The notes beneath the pieces are model-generated. The model was not told the DNA's origin. It made no database searches and worked only from the letters and a program-made list of their open reading frames with translations. 48,133 nucleotides of DNA. Source: Hormoscilla sp. GTDB taxonomy: Bacteria > Cyanobacteriota > Cyanobacteriia > Cyanobacteriales > Desertifilaceae. Shown piece by piece: positions 8,601 to 18,769 of this stretch. A program made the translations under genes and the position numbers. The number at the start of each line of letters is the position of its first letter. Position 1 is the first letter of the stretch. The DNA lies in assembly GCA_051439505.1 (NCBI GenBank), contig JBFRWI010000147.1, positions 1 through 48,133 on the forward strand, given 5' to 3'.

Positions 8601-8826
8601 ATGGGGGTCGAGCTGGTGGTATTGGATGGTCGTAACTATTATAATCTAAGTTACACAGGCATAATGGTTACTATGCGAGTTCTCCACCGAAGGAGTTCGG
8701 AGTAATCGGAGGACCGGGATCGGATCGTAGCAATCATAAGGGTTTGAGGCCGGAATGTTGCTGAGGACAAATCAAGGTTAAGTAGCTGTCACCCCTGTTG
8801 TCCTCCCTACTTGTTGCTATCAGTAG

Positions 8827-9903
8827 TTAATCAAGATCTTGACTGTCATCAGGAAATAGGATTTTGGCGATCGCGTCAGCCCCTCGTTGCGATCGCCATT
8901 GCCAATGGTTGTCCTGTCCCCGATCTCGGATATGAACAATCGCCCGATCGAGCATTTCTCCAATTTGATCGAAGCGATCGAATGTCGAGCCAATTTCAAC
9001 TGGCCACTTAACTTGATGTTCAATTACAGGATAATTAGATGCAATAATATAGCATCCACAAGACCCTGCATCGCTAATGACTCCGCTGGTACGATAATAG
9101 TAGCGCTCTCGATCGTAATGGATTACCAGAATATCAATTTCTTGTAAGACCTGCAAATATTCCTCTTCTTTGGTTGTATCCCGAAGCCTTGCACCTAATG
9201 TATCTAACTCTTGCGGCTTTTGCCCAAAAGGAGTCCCAATCACCAGTTCGCAGTTCCCATTAGCAGCAACATAGGATAGAAGATGTTTAATCACTTCGGC
9301 GATCGGTTTATCCTTGCGGATCATCCCCACAACACCAATCTTAATTTTAGCATCTGCCGGTAACCGTTCTCCTGGCTTGAGTCTCGGTTCAACTTCGCTG
9401 ATAATCGGATGGGGAATAATCAATTTTGACGATGCTGGCAGTCGGTAAGCTTCGGGAATCAGATCGTCGTCCAGTTCAAAAGCAACCACCTTCAGATTTT
9501 TGCACATCTTCAGATAAGTTCTCAGATACATCAATCCCCAATTTTTTATCCGACTTGACATGGCAAACTGTTGATTCCCATGCAAACCAATCAACACTTC
9601 TTTTCCACCTAAGGATATCAGCGCCAGTAAAGGTAGGACAATTGATAAATGCTGATTGTAAATTTCAAACACAAATATTGTCTCCACCTCTTTGGGAAAC
9701 TGGAACGCGCGACTGCCCATAGCTATATGACGATACTCCCGGCGAATTTGGAGTCCGACAGTATAATTCATTGATTCTGTAATCTTCTTGAACCAATTCG
9801 GCAGTGAGGTTTCTAGGGAAACAAACCCGATCTTCCTTTTGTCCGTATAATTACCAATCAGAAGCAGATCTTTTAAGCCATTGTGCATTAATTGTATCAT
9901 CAC
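8827..9903 (-). CDS. Putative GT-B glycosyltransferase
   Basis: 358 aa. 'IIPHP...IGVVGMIRKDK...EEYLQVLQEIDILVIHY...RTSGVISDAGSCGCYIIASNYP' resembles the GT4 nucleotide-sugar-binding half. Confidence 0.65.
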   Translation of the reverse strand: MMIQLMHNGLKDLLLIGNYTDKRKIGFVSLETSLPNWFKKITESMNYTVGLQIRREYRHIAMGSRAFQFPKEVETIFVFEIYNQHLSIVLPLLALISLGGKEVLIGLHGNQQFAMSSRIKNWGLMYLRTYLKMCKNLKVVAFELDDDLIPEAYRLPASSKLIIPHPIISEVEPRLKPGERLPADAKIKIGVVGMIRKDKPIAEVIKHLLSYVAANGNCELVIGTPFGQKPQELDTLGARLRDTTKEEEYLQVLQEIDILVIHYDRERYYYRTSGVISDAGSCGCYIIASNYPVIEHQVKWPVEIGSTFDRFDQIGEMLDRAIVHIRDRGQDNHWQWRSQRGADAIAKILFPDDSQDLD

Positions 9904-9993
9904 ACCTGTTCTCTTCTTCTCTGAATGGGGTTCACAATTTCAAATCTCTGGTTATCTTCCTACTATAATCCATCCCGGAAGCCAATGTCAACC

Positions 9994-10232
9994 GCAATAC
10001 TTTTCGGTTAAGCATCTTATCTGTCATTGCGAGGGGGGGGGGTACGTAGCGATTAACTTATGCTTTCTTGAGTTAACCCCCCCCCGAAGCAATCCCCTCG
10101 CCCCGTATGAGAGGAAAAGCGTTTTGGCGCCGTCGGTGAGATTGCTTCGGGGGGAATCTCGGCGGCGATCCCTAAATTGTCGGTGTTGGTTTCCCCCCTC
10201 GCAATGACAAGTTGTTAACCGAGAAGTATTGC
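9994..10232. mobile_element. MITE-like element with nested inverted repeats
   Basis: Outer GCAATACTTTTCGGTTAA / TTAACCGAGAAGTATTGC and inner TGTCATTGCGAGGGGGG (10022) / CCCCCCTCGCAATGACA (to 10209). Sister copy at 33100-33221. Confidence 0.8.
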
Positions 10233-10264
10233 ATCCGCCCCTACCCCAAATAAATCATCCTTTG

Positions 10265-10273
10265 TGCTATAAT
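10265..10273 (+). promoter_or_regulatory. Extended -10 element upstream of the DUF29 gene
   Basis: TGcTATAAT about 90 bp before the ATG. Confidence 0.45.
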
Positions 10274-10365
10274 CACTAAAGTTGCCAGTCTGAGTACGGC
10301 AACATGGCCACCAAACCCATGCCAGTCAAGGATTTCAATTGAGATAGATTTTAACGGTACAAGTT

Positions 10366-10815
10366 ATGACCCCAATGACAGAGTTAAAAACCCTTTACGA
10401 ATTGGATGACTCTCAATGGCTAGAAGAAACCATTAAATTGCTCGCCAATCAAAATTTTAAACAACTAGACTTAGAAAATTTAATTGAGGAGTTAGAAGAA
10501 TTAGGAAGGGAAAAGAAAAATGCAGTGGCCAGCTTGTTAGAACAAGCGATCCGTCATTTATTATTGCTCGAATATTGGACAGATGAATTGGAAGATAATC
10601 GAGTACATTGGCAAGGAGAGCTTTATAATTTTCGGATACAGCTCAAACGAAGGATGACTGCTAATCTCCGCATTTTTTTAGAGTCAGAATTAGATTATAT
10701 CTATAAATATGCTTTAGGATTTGTGAAGATTAAAACGCAAAAAAAGGTCCATTTTCCTCCAGAATGCCCTTACAATTTGGAGCAATTACTTGATATCGAT
10801 TGCTTGCCCAATTAA
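10366..10815 (+). CDS. DUF29 family protein
   Basis: LYELDDSQWLEETIKLL...LDLENLIEELEELGR...IRHLLLLEYW...FPPECPYNLEQLLD. Confidence 0.92.
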   Translation: MTPMTELKTLYELDDSQWLEETIKLLANQNFKQLDLENLIEELEELGREKKNAVASLLEQAIRHLLLLEYWTDELEDNRVHWQGELYNFRIQLKRRMTANLRIFLESELDYIYKYALGFVKIKTQKKVHFPPECPYNLEQLLDIDCLPN

Positions 10816-10928
10816 TCCTAAATTTCAGCATTTTTGATGACAGTTGTTACAGTATGGAACCGATAATGTCTGGTGGGCGGTGCCGACCCTACGGAGTTAA
10901 GCGCTATTCCTTTATACCAGCAATGGCA

Positions 10929-12590
10929 CTAGCATGCAGCCTGTAATTGATGTCCGTCAAGGATAATAATAGCTTGGCGGAGGGCTTCGGTGCGATCGTT
11001 AACCCGGTTGCGCAATGGCAGCATATCCATAACTTCCAAGCGTTGTAGCCTTGTTTTTACCTTACCAGTAGCACCCACGATAAAGACTTCCCGACCTTTA
11101 TCGCAGGCTTCCTTGACCATAGTTTCGATCGCCAAAGAAGCAGTAACTCCCAACAAAGGCACGTCCGAGAGATCCAAGATCAGCACCTCATAATTTTCCA
11201 CTATTGTCATCCGTTTAGAGATGGACTTAGCAGCCCCAAAGCTCATCGGACCGCCCAGACGTAACAGCAGGATCCGCCCTCCAGCTTGCTTGAGTATTTC
11301 TTTCTCTTCATAGTTCAAGGACATGTCATCAGTGGGAGTATCGATCGCCTTCACCCTGTTAACCTGGATATCAGTAAGATTTTGAATTGTCAAGATGTTC
11401 GCAACGAAAACCCCCACCGCCACAGCAGTAATCAGGTCAACAAATACAGTCAGGAACATCACCCCGTACATAATAGCAGTTCCCTTCAGGGAGATGCGAT
11501 GAGCGCGTTTGAGAAAGCCCCAGTCGATAATATCAATACCGACCTTAAGTAAAATGCCAGCTAGGACCGCCTGGGGAATATGAGCCGTCAGACTGCCAGC
11601 GCCAAAGACGATCGCCATTAAAATCAGGGCGTGGATGATACCTGAGAGGGGAGTTCGACCGCCCGCCTGGACATTAATTACGGTCCGCATCGTAGCACCC
11701 GCACCGGGCAGTCCGCCAAAAAACCCAGAGATCAGGTTGCCAATGCCCTGACCGATCAATTCCCGATCGGAGTCATGTTGAGTACGAGTAATATTATCAG
11801 CTACCAGGGAAGTCAGCAAAGAGTCGATCGAACCCAGGGTCGCCAGCATCAAACCATAGCCGATCGCATCCTTAATATCCGATAGCTCAATTAGAGGTAA
11901 ATTCAGGGTCGGCAGACCAGTAGGAATCTCGCCTATTAGTATCAGGTCCCTGTCTGGCAGCAAGAAAGCCGCGATCAAAGTGCAGACTATCAATGCTAGC
12001 AGAGGCGAAGGTACGACCCGATTGAGCTTGGGCGGCCACAAAAAGACGATCGCCAGGGTAAGTAAACCCAGACCAGTTGCTGCCAGATTGAGATTGCTTA
12101 ACATATCTGGTAAGTTTTTCAGGCAGTCCACAACACCAGCAGAAGCCGGATGTCCTAGTAATGGACCGATCTCTAAAATAACTATGATTATCCCAATACC
12201 GGACATAAAGCCAGATATCACCGTGTAGGGAATCATCGTGATATATTTTCCCAGCCGCAGCACTCCGAAGAGGATCTGAAATATTCCCCCCAGCATTACC
12301 ACCGTAAAGGCCATTGCCATACCAGTATCGGGGTGTTTCGCCATCACAGCAGTGAATACTGTGGCCATCACCACCGTCATCGGACCAGTAGGTCCCGAAA
12401 TTTGGGAAGGAGTGCCCCCAAACAAGGCCGCAAACAGACCGACAAAGACCGCACCATAAAGACCAGCGATCGCCCCAACACCGGAGGATACCCCAAAAGC
12501 CAGAGCCAAAGGCAGGGCCACCACTGCGGCAGTCACCCCACCAAACAGGTCGCCCCGGAAGTTACTCAAATGCAAACGATTAACTCTCAT
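10929..12590 (-). CDS. bicA: Na+-dependent bicarbonate transporter BicA (SulP/SLC26, C-terminal STAS)
   Basis: RGDLFGGVTAAVVALPLALAFG, SGPTGPMTVVM, GAGATMRTVIN, STAS GPMSFGAAK; located beside the CCM genes. Confidence 0.93.
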   Translation of the reverse strand: MRVNRLHLSNFRGDLFGGVTAAVVALPLALAFGVSSGVGAIAGLYGAVFVGLFAALFGGTPSQISGPTGPMTVVMATVFTAVMAKHPDTGMAMAFTVVMLGGIFQILFGVLRLGKYITMIPYTVISGFMSGIGIIIVILEIGPLLGHPASAGVVDCLKNLPDMLSNLNLAATGLGLLTLAIVFLWPPKLNRVVPSPLLALIVCTLIAAFLLPDRDLILIGEIPTGLPTLNLPLIELSDIKDAIGYGLMLATLGSIDSLLTSLVADNITRTQHDSDRELIGQGIGNLISGFFGGLPGAGATMRTVINVQAGGRTPLSGIIHALILMAIVFGAGSLTAHIPQAVLAGILLKVGIDIIDWGFLKRAHRISLKGTAIMYGVMFLTVFVDLITAVAVGVFVANILTIQNLTDIQVNRVKAIDTPTDDMSLNYEEKEILKQAGGRILLLRLGGPMSFGAAKSISKRMTIVENYEVLILDLSDVPLLGVTASLAIETMVKEACDKGREVFIVGATGKVKTRLQRLEVMDMLPLRNRVNDRTEALRQAIIILDGHQLQAAC

Positions 12591-12668
12591 GACAAAACTT
12601 CTGATTAATTAGGTGACAATTAGCTTTTCATCTACGCAGCGATCGACAAGCTGCCGACTTAAATATTG

Positions 12669-12867
12669 GGCGTTGCACAGGGATGATGGTGATATATTTT
12701 CCCTTTTTGCTAATTGCAGAGGACGAAGTCGCGCAGCGGAGGGGGCCCGGAGCGTGCAGGAGCGCTATTGCTAATTGCTCTCTGGATAAAAAGTGATATC
12801 TTTCGACATATATCACTTCTTGAATTGATCCTCAACAACCCCGATCATCCCATAATTGTGCAACCCC
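12669..12867. mobile_element. MITE-like element in the bicA upstream region
   Basis: GGCGTTGCACAGGGATGAT pairs with ATCATCCC...GTGCAACCCC. Same end motif as 38861-38999. Confidence 0.6.
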
Positions 12868-13041
12868 AAATTTTGAATACAAATGTCCCCGATCGGGCAT
12901 TTGATAATATGGGTGAACCTATTTTAGATCGGGAAATTCATGACTTGGCCAAATAATTTATGCAAAAATATTGCATTGACAACTGATATTAGGTTATTTT
13001 ATACATGTCTTCTGTAGCAAAAATTTTCTCAATGGATATAA

Positions 13042-13077
13042 ATAGCTTGAGCGGCCAGATATGACCGCTCAAGCTAT
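13042..13077 (-). terminator. Hairpin downstream of ndhF4
   Basis: ATAGCTTGAGCGG...CCGCTCAAGCTAT, a 13-bp perfect stem ~35 bp after the stop codon. Confidence 0.65.
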
Positions 13078-13111
13078 AACCGTCGAACTAGAACTAGGCA
13101 ATGCAGCCCCC

Positions 13112-14959
13112 TTAAGGATGGAAATAGACAAACAAACCCATGAGCGCGACTAAAAAGCCTAGGCCCAGCAGGATAGTCAAGATATAAAGCTGAGACTGAC
13201 CTACTCCACTATACTTTAAGCCTTCGCCGCCAAAAATAGTCGCCAGACCGACAAAATTCACCGCCCCATCCACCACATAGCGGTCAAACCAAGCCGTAAT
13301 GAGGCTAAACCGACTGACAGCAAAAACCACCGTCATCTCATAAAGCCGATCGATGTAAAAATCATCAGCCAGTAAATCTTGGACTAATTTCAAAGGCTTG
13401 AAAATCGATCGGGATAAACTCCTCTGGAGAGTAACCTTAGCGCCCACAGCGCAACCGATCGCGCCGGATAATATAATCAGCACCACGGCTGGCAGATTAA
13501 CATACTCCCAACCACCACCCAATAATGACAAGCGTTGCAGCAGCAATGGAAATAGGAGGGTAGCTACTGTCAAGGTTACCATCGGCACTGCCATCAGCCA
13601 AGCCACCTCTGGCGATCGCCTAGTCTTAGGTTGAACCGGACCCCAAAACACCAGTCGAAACACCCTGATTAAATTGATAGCCGTGAGGGCGTTGACCAAG
13701 AGTAAGACTGCGATCTCAGCGGGCTGATAATACCACAAGTCGTCAGCTCCTAACCGCATTGCCCAAAAGCCTCCCAGGGGTAACACTCCGATCAGTCCCG
13801 CCGAACCGACCACAAAAGCAATAGTCGTTGCTGGCATTTTGGATGCCAGACCGCCCATTTCGGTAAGATCTTGACTGTTAGTGGTTAAGATTACCGAGCC
13901 AATACTCATGAACAACAAAGCCTTAGCGATCGCGTGAGCCAAAAGCAACAGCAGGGCAAAACCAGTCCATTGGGTGCCGACCGCCACAAACACCAGTCCC
14001 AGATAGGCGCTAGTGGAATGGGAAAGGGCGCGTTTGATATCAACTTGGGCGATCGCCACCAGGGAAGCCCCTATAGCCGTCGCCGTCCCGATCGCCACCA
14101 ACGCCATCGATGCCACAGATGAAATAGCGATCACAGGCTGAAGTTTAATCAGCACATAGGCACCACAAGCCACCACCACCGAGTTCCGCAAGATCGAGGC
14201 TGGGTTAGGACCCTCCATCGCCTCATCTAACCACAGATGCAGGGGGAATTGAGCGCATTTCCCCGTCGGTCCGGCGATCAAAGCCAAGCCTAACAGAGTA
14301 GCGAACACCGGATTTACATCCGCCGTTTCCGCCCAGTCATAAAGATCCAGAAAGTCCAAACTTCCCGCCTTCGTTGCCAGGGCCACCACTCCCATCAACA
14401 GCAAGATATCTCCCACCCGCTTAGTCAAGAAGGCATCTCGCGCCGCCGTCACCACCAGCGGCTGAGCATACCAGAACCCCACCAGTAAATAAGTAGAGAG
14501 GGTAAGCATTTCCAACAGGGCATAAGTGAGCAACAACGAGTCACTTAGAGCTATGCCACTCATGGCCCCTTCAAAAAATCCCATCAAGGCGAAGAACCTT
14601 GCCAATGCCCAGTCCTTCTCCATATACCCCAGAGCGTAAAGTTGAGCTAGCAGACTTAAACCGGTTACCAACCCCATGGCTCCGATACTGACTGAAGATA
14701 TCTCCAGACTCAAAGACAGATCTAAATCGGCTGCCGTCAACCAGTGGAATGTGATATATTCTGGGGGCTGGTTCCAGGTAAGTCCGAACAGCAGCGAACC
14801 ATGCACGAAGGCCCCCAAGGTCATCAAGAGGTTAAAGTATGCCGCTGGTCTCGGTCCGGTCCGACGCACCGTTCCCACCGACCACGGCAGGGTCAAGAGT
14901 GCGCCTATTAACCCATATAAAGGTATCCACCAACTATTGGCGATCAAAAATTCATTCAT
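13112..14959 (-). CDS. ndhF4: NAD(P)H dehydrogenase subunit F, CO2-uptake type (NdhF4)
   Basis: 615-aa membrane protein. MNEFL...WWIPLYGLIGALLTLPWS...RRTGPRPAAY and GKCAQFPLHLWLDEAMEGP; divergent from ccmK. The F4 versus F3 call rests on the N-terminus and on synteny. Confidence 0.85.
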   Translation of the reverse strand: MNEFLIANSWWIPLYGLIGALLTLPWSVGTVRRTGPRPAAYFNLLMTLGAFVHGSLLFGLTWNQPPEYITFHWLTAADLDLSLSLEISSVSIGAMGLVTGLSLLAQLYALGYMEKDWALARFFALMGFFEGAMSGIALSDSLLLTYALLEMLTLSTYLLVGFWYAQPLVVTAARDAFLTKRVGDILLLMGVVALATKAGSLDFLDLYDWAETADVNPVFATLLGLALIAGPTGKCAQFPLHLWLDEAMEGPNPASILRNSVVVACGAYVLIKLQPVIAISSVASMALVAIGTATAIGASLVAIAQVDIKRALSHSTSAYLGLVFVAVGTQWTGFALLLLLAHAIAKALLFMSIGSVILTTNSQDLTEMGGLASKMPATTIAFVVGSAGLIGVLPLGGFWAMRLGADDLWYYQPAEIAVLLLVNALTAINLIRVFRLVFWGPVQPKTRRSPEVAWLMAVPMVTLTVATLLFPLLLQRLSLLGGGWEYVNLPAVVLIILSGAIGCAVGAKVTLQRSLSRSIFKPLKLVQDLLADDFYIDRLYEMTVVFAVSRFSLITAWFDRYVVDGAVNFVGLATIFGGEGLKYSGVGQSQLYILTILLGLGFLVALMGLFVYFHP

Positions 14960-15410
14960 CGATCGTTTCCTAAAAAGATTGAATCGCCTAGAGCGGCTGT
15001 CAGTGGGTGGGTGCTAGTCCCACTTGGGCCGGCACCCACCCATCGACTCTTGGCTGTAGCCGATCGCGAGCGCCTGGCGCTAGCCGTCAAAATGAAAGTG
15101 GTTTCTGCTCGTGGCGTTGTCTAGCCGCTCTCGTCCCTTATACCCCAAAATGTGCCCCCGCACCATAACAGAGCGCAAAAACTTGAGTTTTAGTGGACAC
15201 TCCTGTGTATATGAAGTTTTTTTAATAAATGTTTAATTATATTAATAAGCTCGACAAAAATAATCAGCAAAATTAAAAAAGATTATGTAGAATTATCTTG
15301 GCGCAAGTGTCAGCGTTCCCATATGCTGATAAAGAGAAGCGCATGAGCGCAATGGCTTGCCCTTATAGCAATAGCAAGCTGGCGCGAACGCAAAACAGAG
15401 GAGAAGAGAA

Positions 15411-15722
15411 ATGCCAATCGCTGTTGGAATGATTGAAACTAAAGGGTTTCCGGCTGTGGTAGAAGCAGCAGACTCGATGGTGAAAGCAGCCCGCGTCACC
15501 TTGGTGGGATATGAAAAAATCGGTAGTGGTCGAGTGACGGTGATCGTCCGGGGAGATGTATCGGAAGTACAAGCCTCTGTGGCAGCTGGGGTAGAATCAG
15601 CGAAGCGGGTGGATGGGGGTGAGGTGCTGTCAACCCATATCATTGCCCGTCCCCATGAAAACCTAGAGTATGTCTTGCCGATTCGTTACACCGAAGCGGT
15701 GGAACAGTTCCGCAGCTACTAG
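15411..15722 (+). CDS. ccmK2: Carboxysome shell hexamer CcmK2
   Basis: BMC domain [19 protein letters not shown]...KIGSG...[15 protein letters not shown]; 103 aa. Confidence 0.93.
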   Translation: MPIAVGMIETKGFPAVVEAADSMVKAARVTLVGYEKIGSGRVTVIVRGDVSEVQASVAAGVESAKRVDGGEVLSTHIIARPHENLEYVLPIRYTEAVEQFRSY

Positions 15723-15772
15723 GGACCGGTGATAGAGGAGCGGTGGTCTGAGAAAAATCAAGGAGTGACAGA

Positions 15773-16111
15773 ATGTCAATTGCAGTTGGAATGGTAGAAA
15801 CATTGGGGTTTCCGGCAGTAGTGGAAGCAGCAGACGCGATGGTGAAAGCCGCGCGGGTAACCTTGGTGGGGTATGAAAAAATCGGTAGCGGTCGGGTGAC
15901 GGTAATAGTCCGGGGAGATGTATCGGAAGTGCAAGCTTCTGTAGCAGCTGGGGTAGATAACATCAAGCGCGTCAATGGCGGACAAGTGCTGTCAACCCAC
16001 ATCATTGCCCGTCCCCACGAAAACTTGGAGTACGTTCTGCCCATTCGCTACACCGAAGACGTGCAGCAGTTCGCTGAGAGTACGAACGCAATTCGCCCTT
16101 CCAGACAGTAA
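15773..16111 (+). CDS. ccmK1: Carboxysome shell hexamer CcmK1
   Basis: Near-identical BMC domain with a ~10-aa C-terminal extension. Confidence 0.92.
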   Translation: MSIAVGMVETLGFPAVVEAADAMVKAARVTLVGYEKIGSGRVTVIVRGDVSEVQASVAAGVDNIKRVNGGQVLSTHIIARPHENLEYVLPIRYTEDVQQFAESTNAIRPSRQ

Positions 16112-16119
16112 GAGAGTAA

Positions 16120-16425
16120 ATGCAAATTGCGAAAGTGCGGGGCACGGTGGTCAGTACCCAAAAAGATCCGAGTCTCAGAGGAGCAAAGCTACTGCTGTTG
16201 CAGTTTATAGATGAGTCAGGGCAACTATTGCCGCAATACGAGGTAGCAGCAGATATAAGTGTAGGAGCTGGTTTTGATGAATGGGTTCTGGTGAGCCGTG
16301 GCAGCGCCGCTCGGATCGTACAAGGAAGTGAAGAGCGTCCGATTGATGCTATGGTGGTGGCGATCATAGACACGGTGACAGTGGAAAATCGCCCCATATA
16401 TAGCAAAAAAGACCAATACCGCTAG
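16120..16425 (+). CDS. ccmL: Carboxysome vertex pentamer CcmL
   Basis: MQIAKVRGTVVSTQKDPSLRG...EWVLVSRGSAAR...IDAMVVAIID. Confidence 0.96.
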   Translation: MQIAKVRGTVVSTQKDPSLRGAKLLLLQFIDESGQLLPQYEVAADISVGAGFDEWVLVSRGSAARIVQGSEERPIDAMVVAIIDTVTVENRPIYSKKDQYR

Positions 16426-16596
16426 TAGGAATTGGTTAGGGAGCAAGGTCTGTGTTAGTTGTTAGTTGCCAGTTGTCAGTCGGCCCTTGAGAGGTAAGTC
16501 AGCCTGAGAGCAAAAATACGCTCGAAACTGCTCCAGACATGCTCCCGATGTCACGCTTAAAGACAAAGGAATAGCGATTATTGGAGGATAAAAATC

Positions 16597-18606
16597 ATGG
16601 TCCGCAGTAACGCGGCTCCCCCCACCCCCTGGTCAAAAAAATTGGCGGAGCCGGAAATAGATGAAACGGCATACGTCCACTCGTTCTCTAACCTGATCGG
16701 AGATGTTTACATTGGTGCTCACGTGCTGGTAGCACCGGGGACTTCGATCCGAGCGGATGAAGGCTACCCCTTCCATATCTGCGAGGGAACGAATGTACAA
16801 GATGGCGTGGTGATTCACGGTCTAGATGAAGGTCGGGTAGTTGGAGATGACGGCAAAAGCTATTCTGTCTGGATTGGCAAGCATGCTTCGATTACCCACA
16901 TGGCTTTGATTCACGGACCAGCATATATAGGGGATGATTGCTTTATTGGTTTTCGCTCGACGGTGTTTAACGCCAGAGTGGGAAAGGGTTGCATCGTGAT
17001 GATGCATTCGTTGATCAAAGATGTGGAAATTGCCCCAGGCAAGTACGTGCCTAGCGGTTTGGTGATCACAAATCAGCAGCAAGCTGACCGTTTACCAGAC
17101 GTGACCCAGACAGATACGGAATTTGCCCGTCACGTGGTAGGAGTGAACGATGCCTTGGTCACTGGTTATCTCTGTGCATCTGAGGCTAGCTGCATGACTA
17201 ATGTACGAGACGAGCTGGGCAAATCAGATAATGGATTTAATGGCAAAGGGACGGTAGAAATTATAGGTTTAAGCAATCAGATGGACGATACAGTTCGACA
17301 ACTACTGGCGGGCGGTTACAAAATAGGCACGGAGCATGCGAATAAGCGCCGGTTTAAGACGAGTTCCTGGCAGAGTGGCCCTGCGATCGAGAGTCAGCAG
17401 GCGTCGGAAGTGATGGCAGCGGTGTCCGCTTATATGGCGGAACATGTGGGGGAATATGTGCGCTTGATTGGCATTGACCCAAAGGCAAAACGACGGGTAC
17501 TCGAAGAAATTATCCAGCGACCGGATGATAAACCCGAGGGTCGCTCTGCAACCACTGCCACCATGTCTAGCAGCGTAGTCCAGCCAGCATCGAGGGCGTC
17601 GGCAAACGGTAGCGGCTTAAGCGCGGAAATGGCGGAGCAGCTGCGCCAACTACTGGCTCAAGGTTATAAGGTGGGCACGGAACATGCGGATCAACGCCGG
17701 TTTAAGACGAGTTCTTGGAAGAGTGGAGCCCCGATCGCAGCAAAAAGTGCGTCGGAGGCGATCGCGGCAGTGGAAGCGAGCATGGCGGAACATAGCGGGG
17801 AGTACGTGCGCTTGATTGGCATTGACCCCCAGGCGAAACGGCGGGTGCTGGAGGAGATTATCCAACGACCGGATGGAAAGGGATCCTCCCAACCGGGCCG
17901 GTCAGTTAGTCGTCAGTCGGCTCCAGCAACGAATAGCAGCCAGCAGCCAGCAGGGGATAGCAAGTTGACCCCGGAAGCATTGGATCAAGTGCGCAGTCTT
18001 CTCCGTCAAGGGCACAAGATTGGCACGGAACATGCTGATAAGCGCCGGTTCAAGACGAGTTCTTGGCAGACTTGCAGCCCGATCGAGTCCCAGCGGGAGT
18101 CAGAGGTGATTGCGGCCCTGGAAGGATGTATGACGGAGCATAGCGGGGAGTACGTCCGCTTGATTGGCATTGACGCCGGAGCGAAACGGCGGGTGGTGGA
18201 GACGATTATCCAACGACCGGATGGAAAGGCAACATCTGTCGGTACCAAGCCACCAGCGATTAGTCAGGCTCCAGCAACGGCCAGGAGTAGCAGTTCGACT
18301 CCGCTCACTGCAAGCAGCAGCCAGCAGCTAGCATCAGATAGCAAGTTGAGCCCGGAAGCCTTGGCTCAAGTGCGCAATATTCTGGCTCAAGGGCACAAGA
18401 TTGGCACGGAACATGCGGATCGGCGCCGGTTTAAGACGAGTTCCTGGCAGAGTTGCAGCCCGATCGAGTCCCAGCGGGAGTCAGAGGTGATTGCGGCCCT
18501 GGAAGGATGTCTGGCGGAGCATAGCGGGGAGTACGTGCGTTTACTTGGCATCGATCCGAAGGCGAAACGGCGGGTACTGGAGACGATTATCCAACGACCC
18601 GCATGA
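16597..18606 (+). CDS. ccmM: CcmM: gamma-carbonic anhydrase domain plus four RbcS-like (SSUL) domains
   Basis: Hexapeptide gamma-CA ([18 protein letters not shown]) and four 'GTEHA...RRFKTSSW...[10 protein letters not shown]...KRRV.E.IIQRP' repeats. Confidence 0.97.
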   Translation: MVRSNAAPPTPWSKKLAEPEIDETAYVHSFSNLIGDVYIGAHVLVAPGTSIRADEGYPFHICEGTNVQDGVVIHGLDEGRVVGDDGKSYSVWIGKHASITHMALIHGPAYIGDDCFIGFRSTVFNARVGKGCIVMMHSLIKDVEIAPGKYVPSGLVITNQQQADRLPDVTQTDTEFARHVVGVNDALVTGYLCASEASCMTNVRDELGKSDNGFNGKGTVEIIGLSNQMDDTVRQLLAGGYKIGTEHANKRRFKTSSWQSGPAIESQQASEVMAAVSAYMAEHVGEYVRLIGIDPKAKRRVLEEIIQRPDDKPEGRSATTATMSSSVVQPASRASANGSGLSAEMAEQLRQLLAQGYKVGTEHADQRRFKTSSWKSGAPIAAKSASEAIAAVEASMAEHSGEYVRLIGIDPQAKRRVLEEIIQRPDGKGSSQPGRSVSRQSAPATNSSQQPAGDSKLTPEALDQVRSLLRQGHKIGTEHADKRRFKTSSWQTCSPIESQRESEVIAALEGCMTEHSGEYVRLIGIDAGAKRRVVETIIQRPDGKATSVGTKPPAISQAPATARSSSSTPLTASSSQQLASDSKLSPEALAQVRNILAQGHKIGTEHADRRRFKTSSWQSCSPIESQRESEVIAALEGCLAEHSGEYVRLLGIDPKAKRRVLETIIQRPA

Positions 18607-18769
18607 TCGAAACTCTCTCAAGAGTGAAGTGTAAATTGTGAAGTACAAAGGATGAAGTGTGAAGAGGATGCATGATATGAAGACTGACTTCATACTTTTT
18701 CCTTTATCCTCAAACAGTTTTTACTTCACCCTTGCGAGATATTAAACACTAAATTAGGTTGTAAGAATT

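Noticed and set aside
15411..16111. ccmK duplication as a novelty or a template/variable-repeat pair
   Set aside because: Tandem near-identical ccmK2-ccmK1 is the standard arrangement, and there is no reverse transcriptase in the window.
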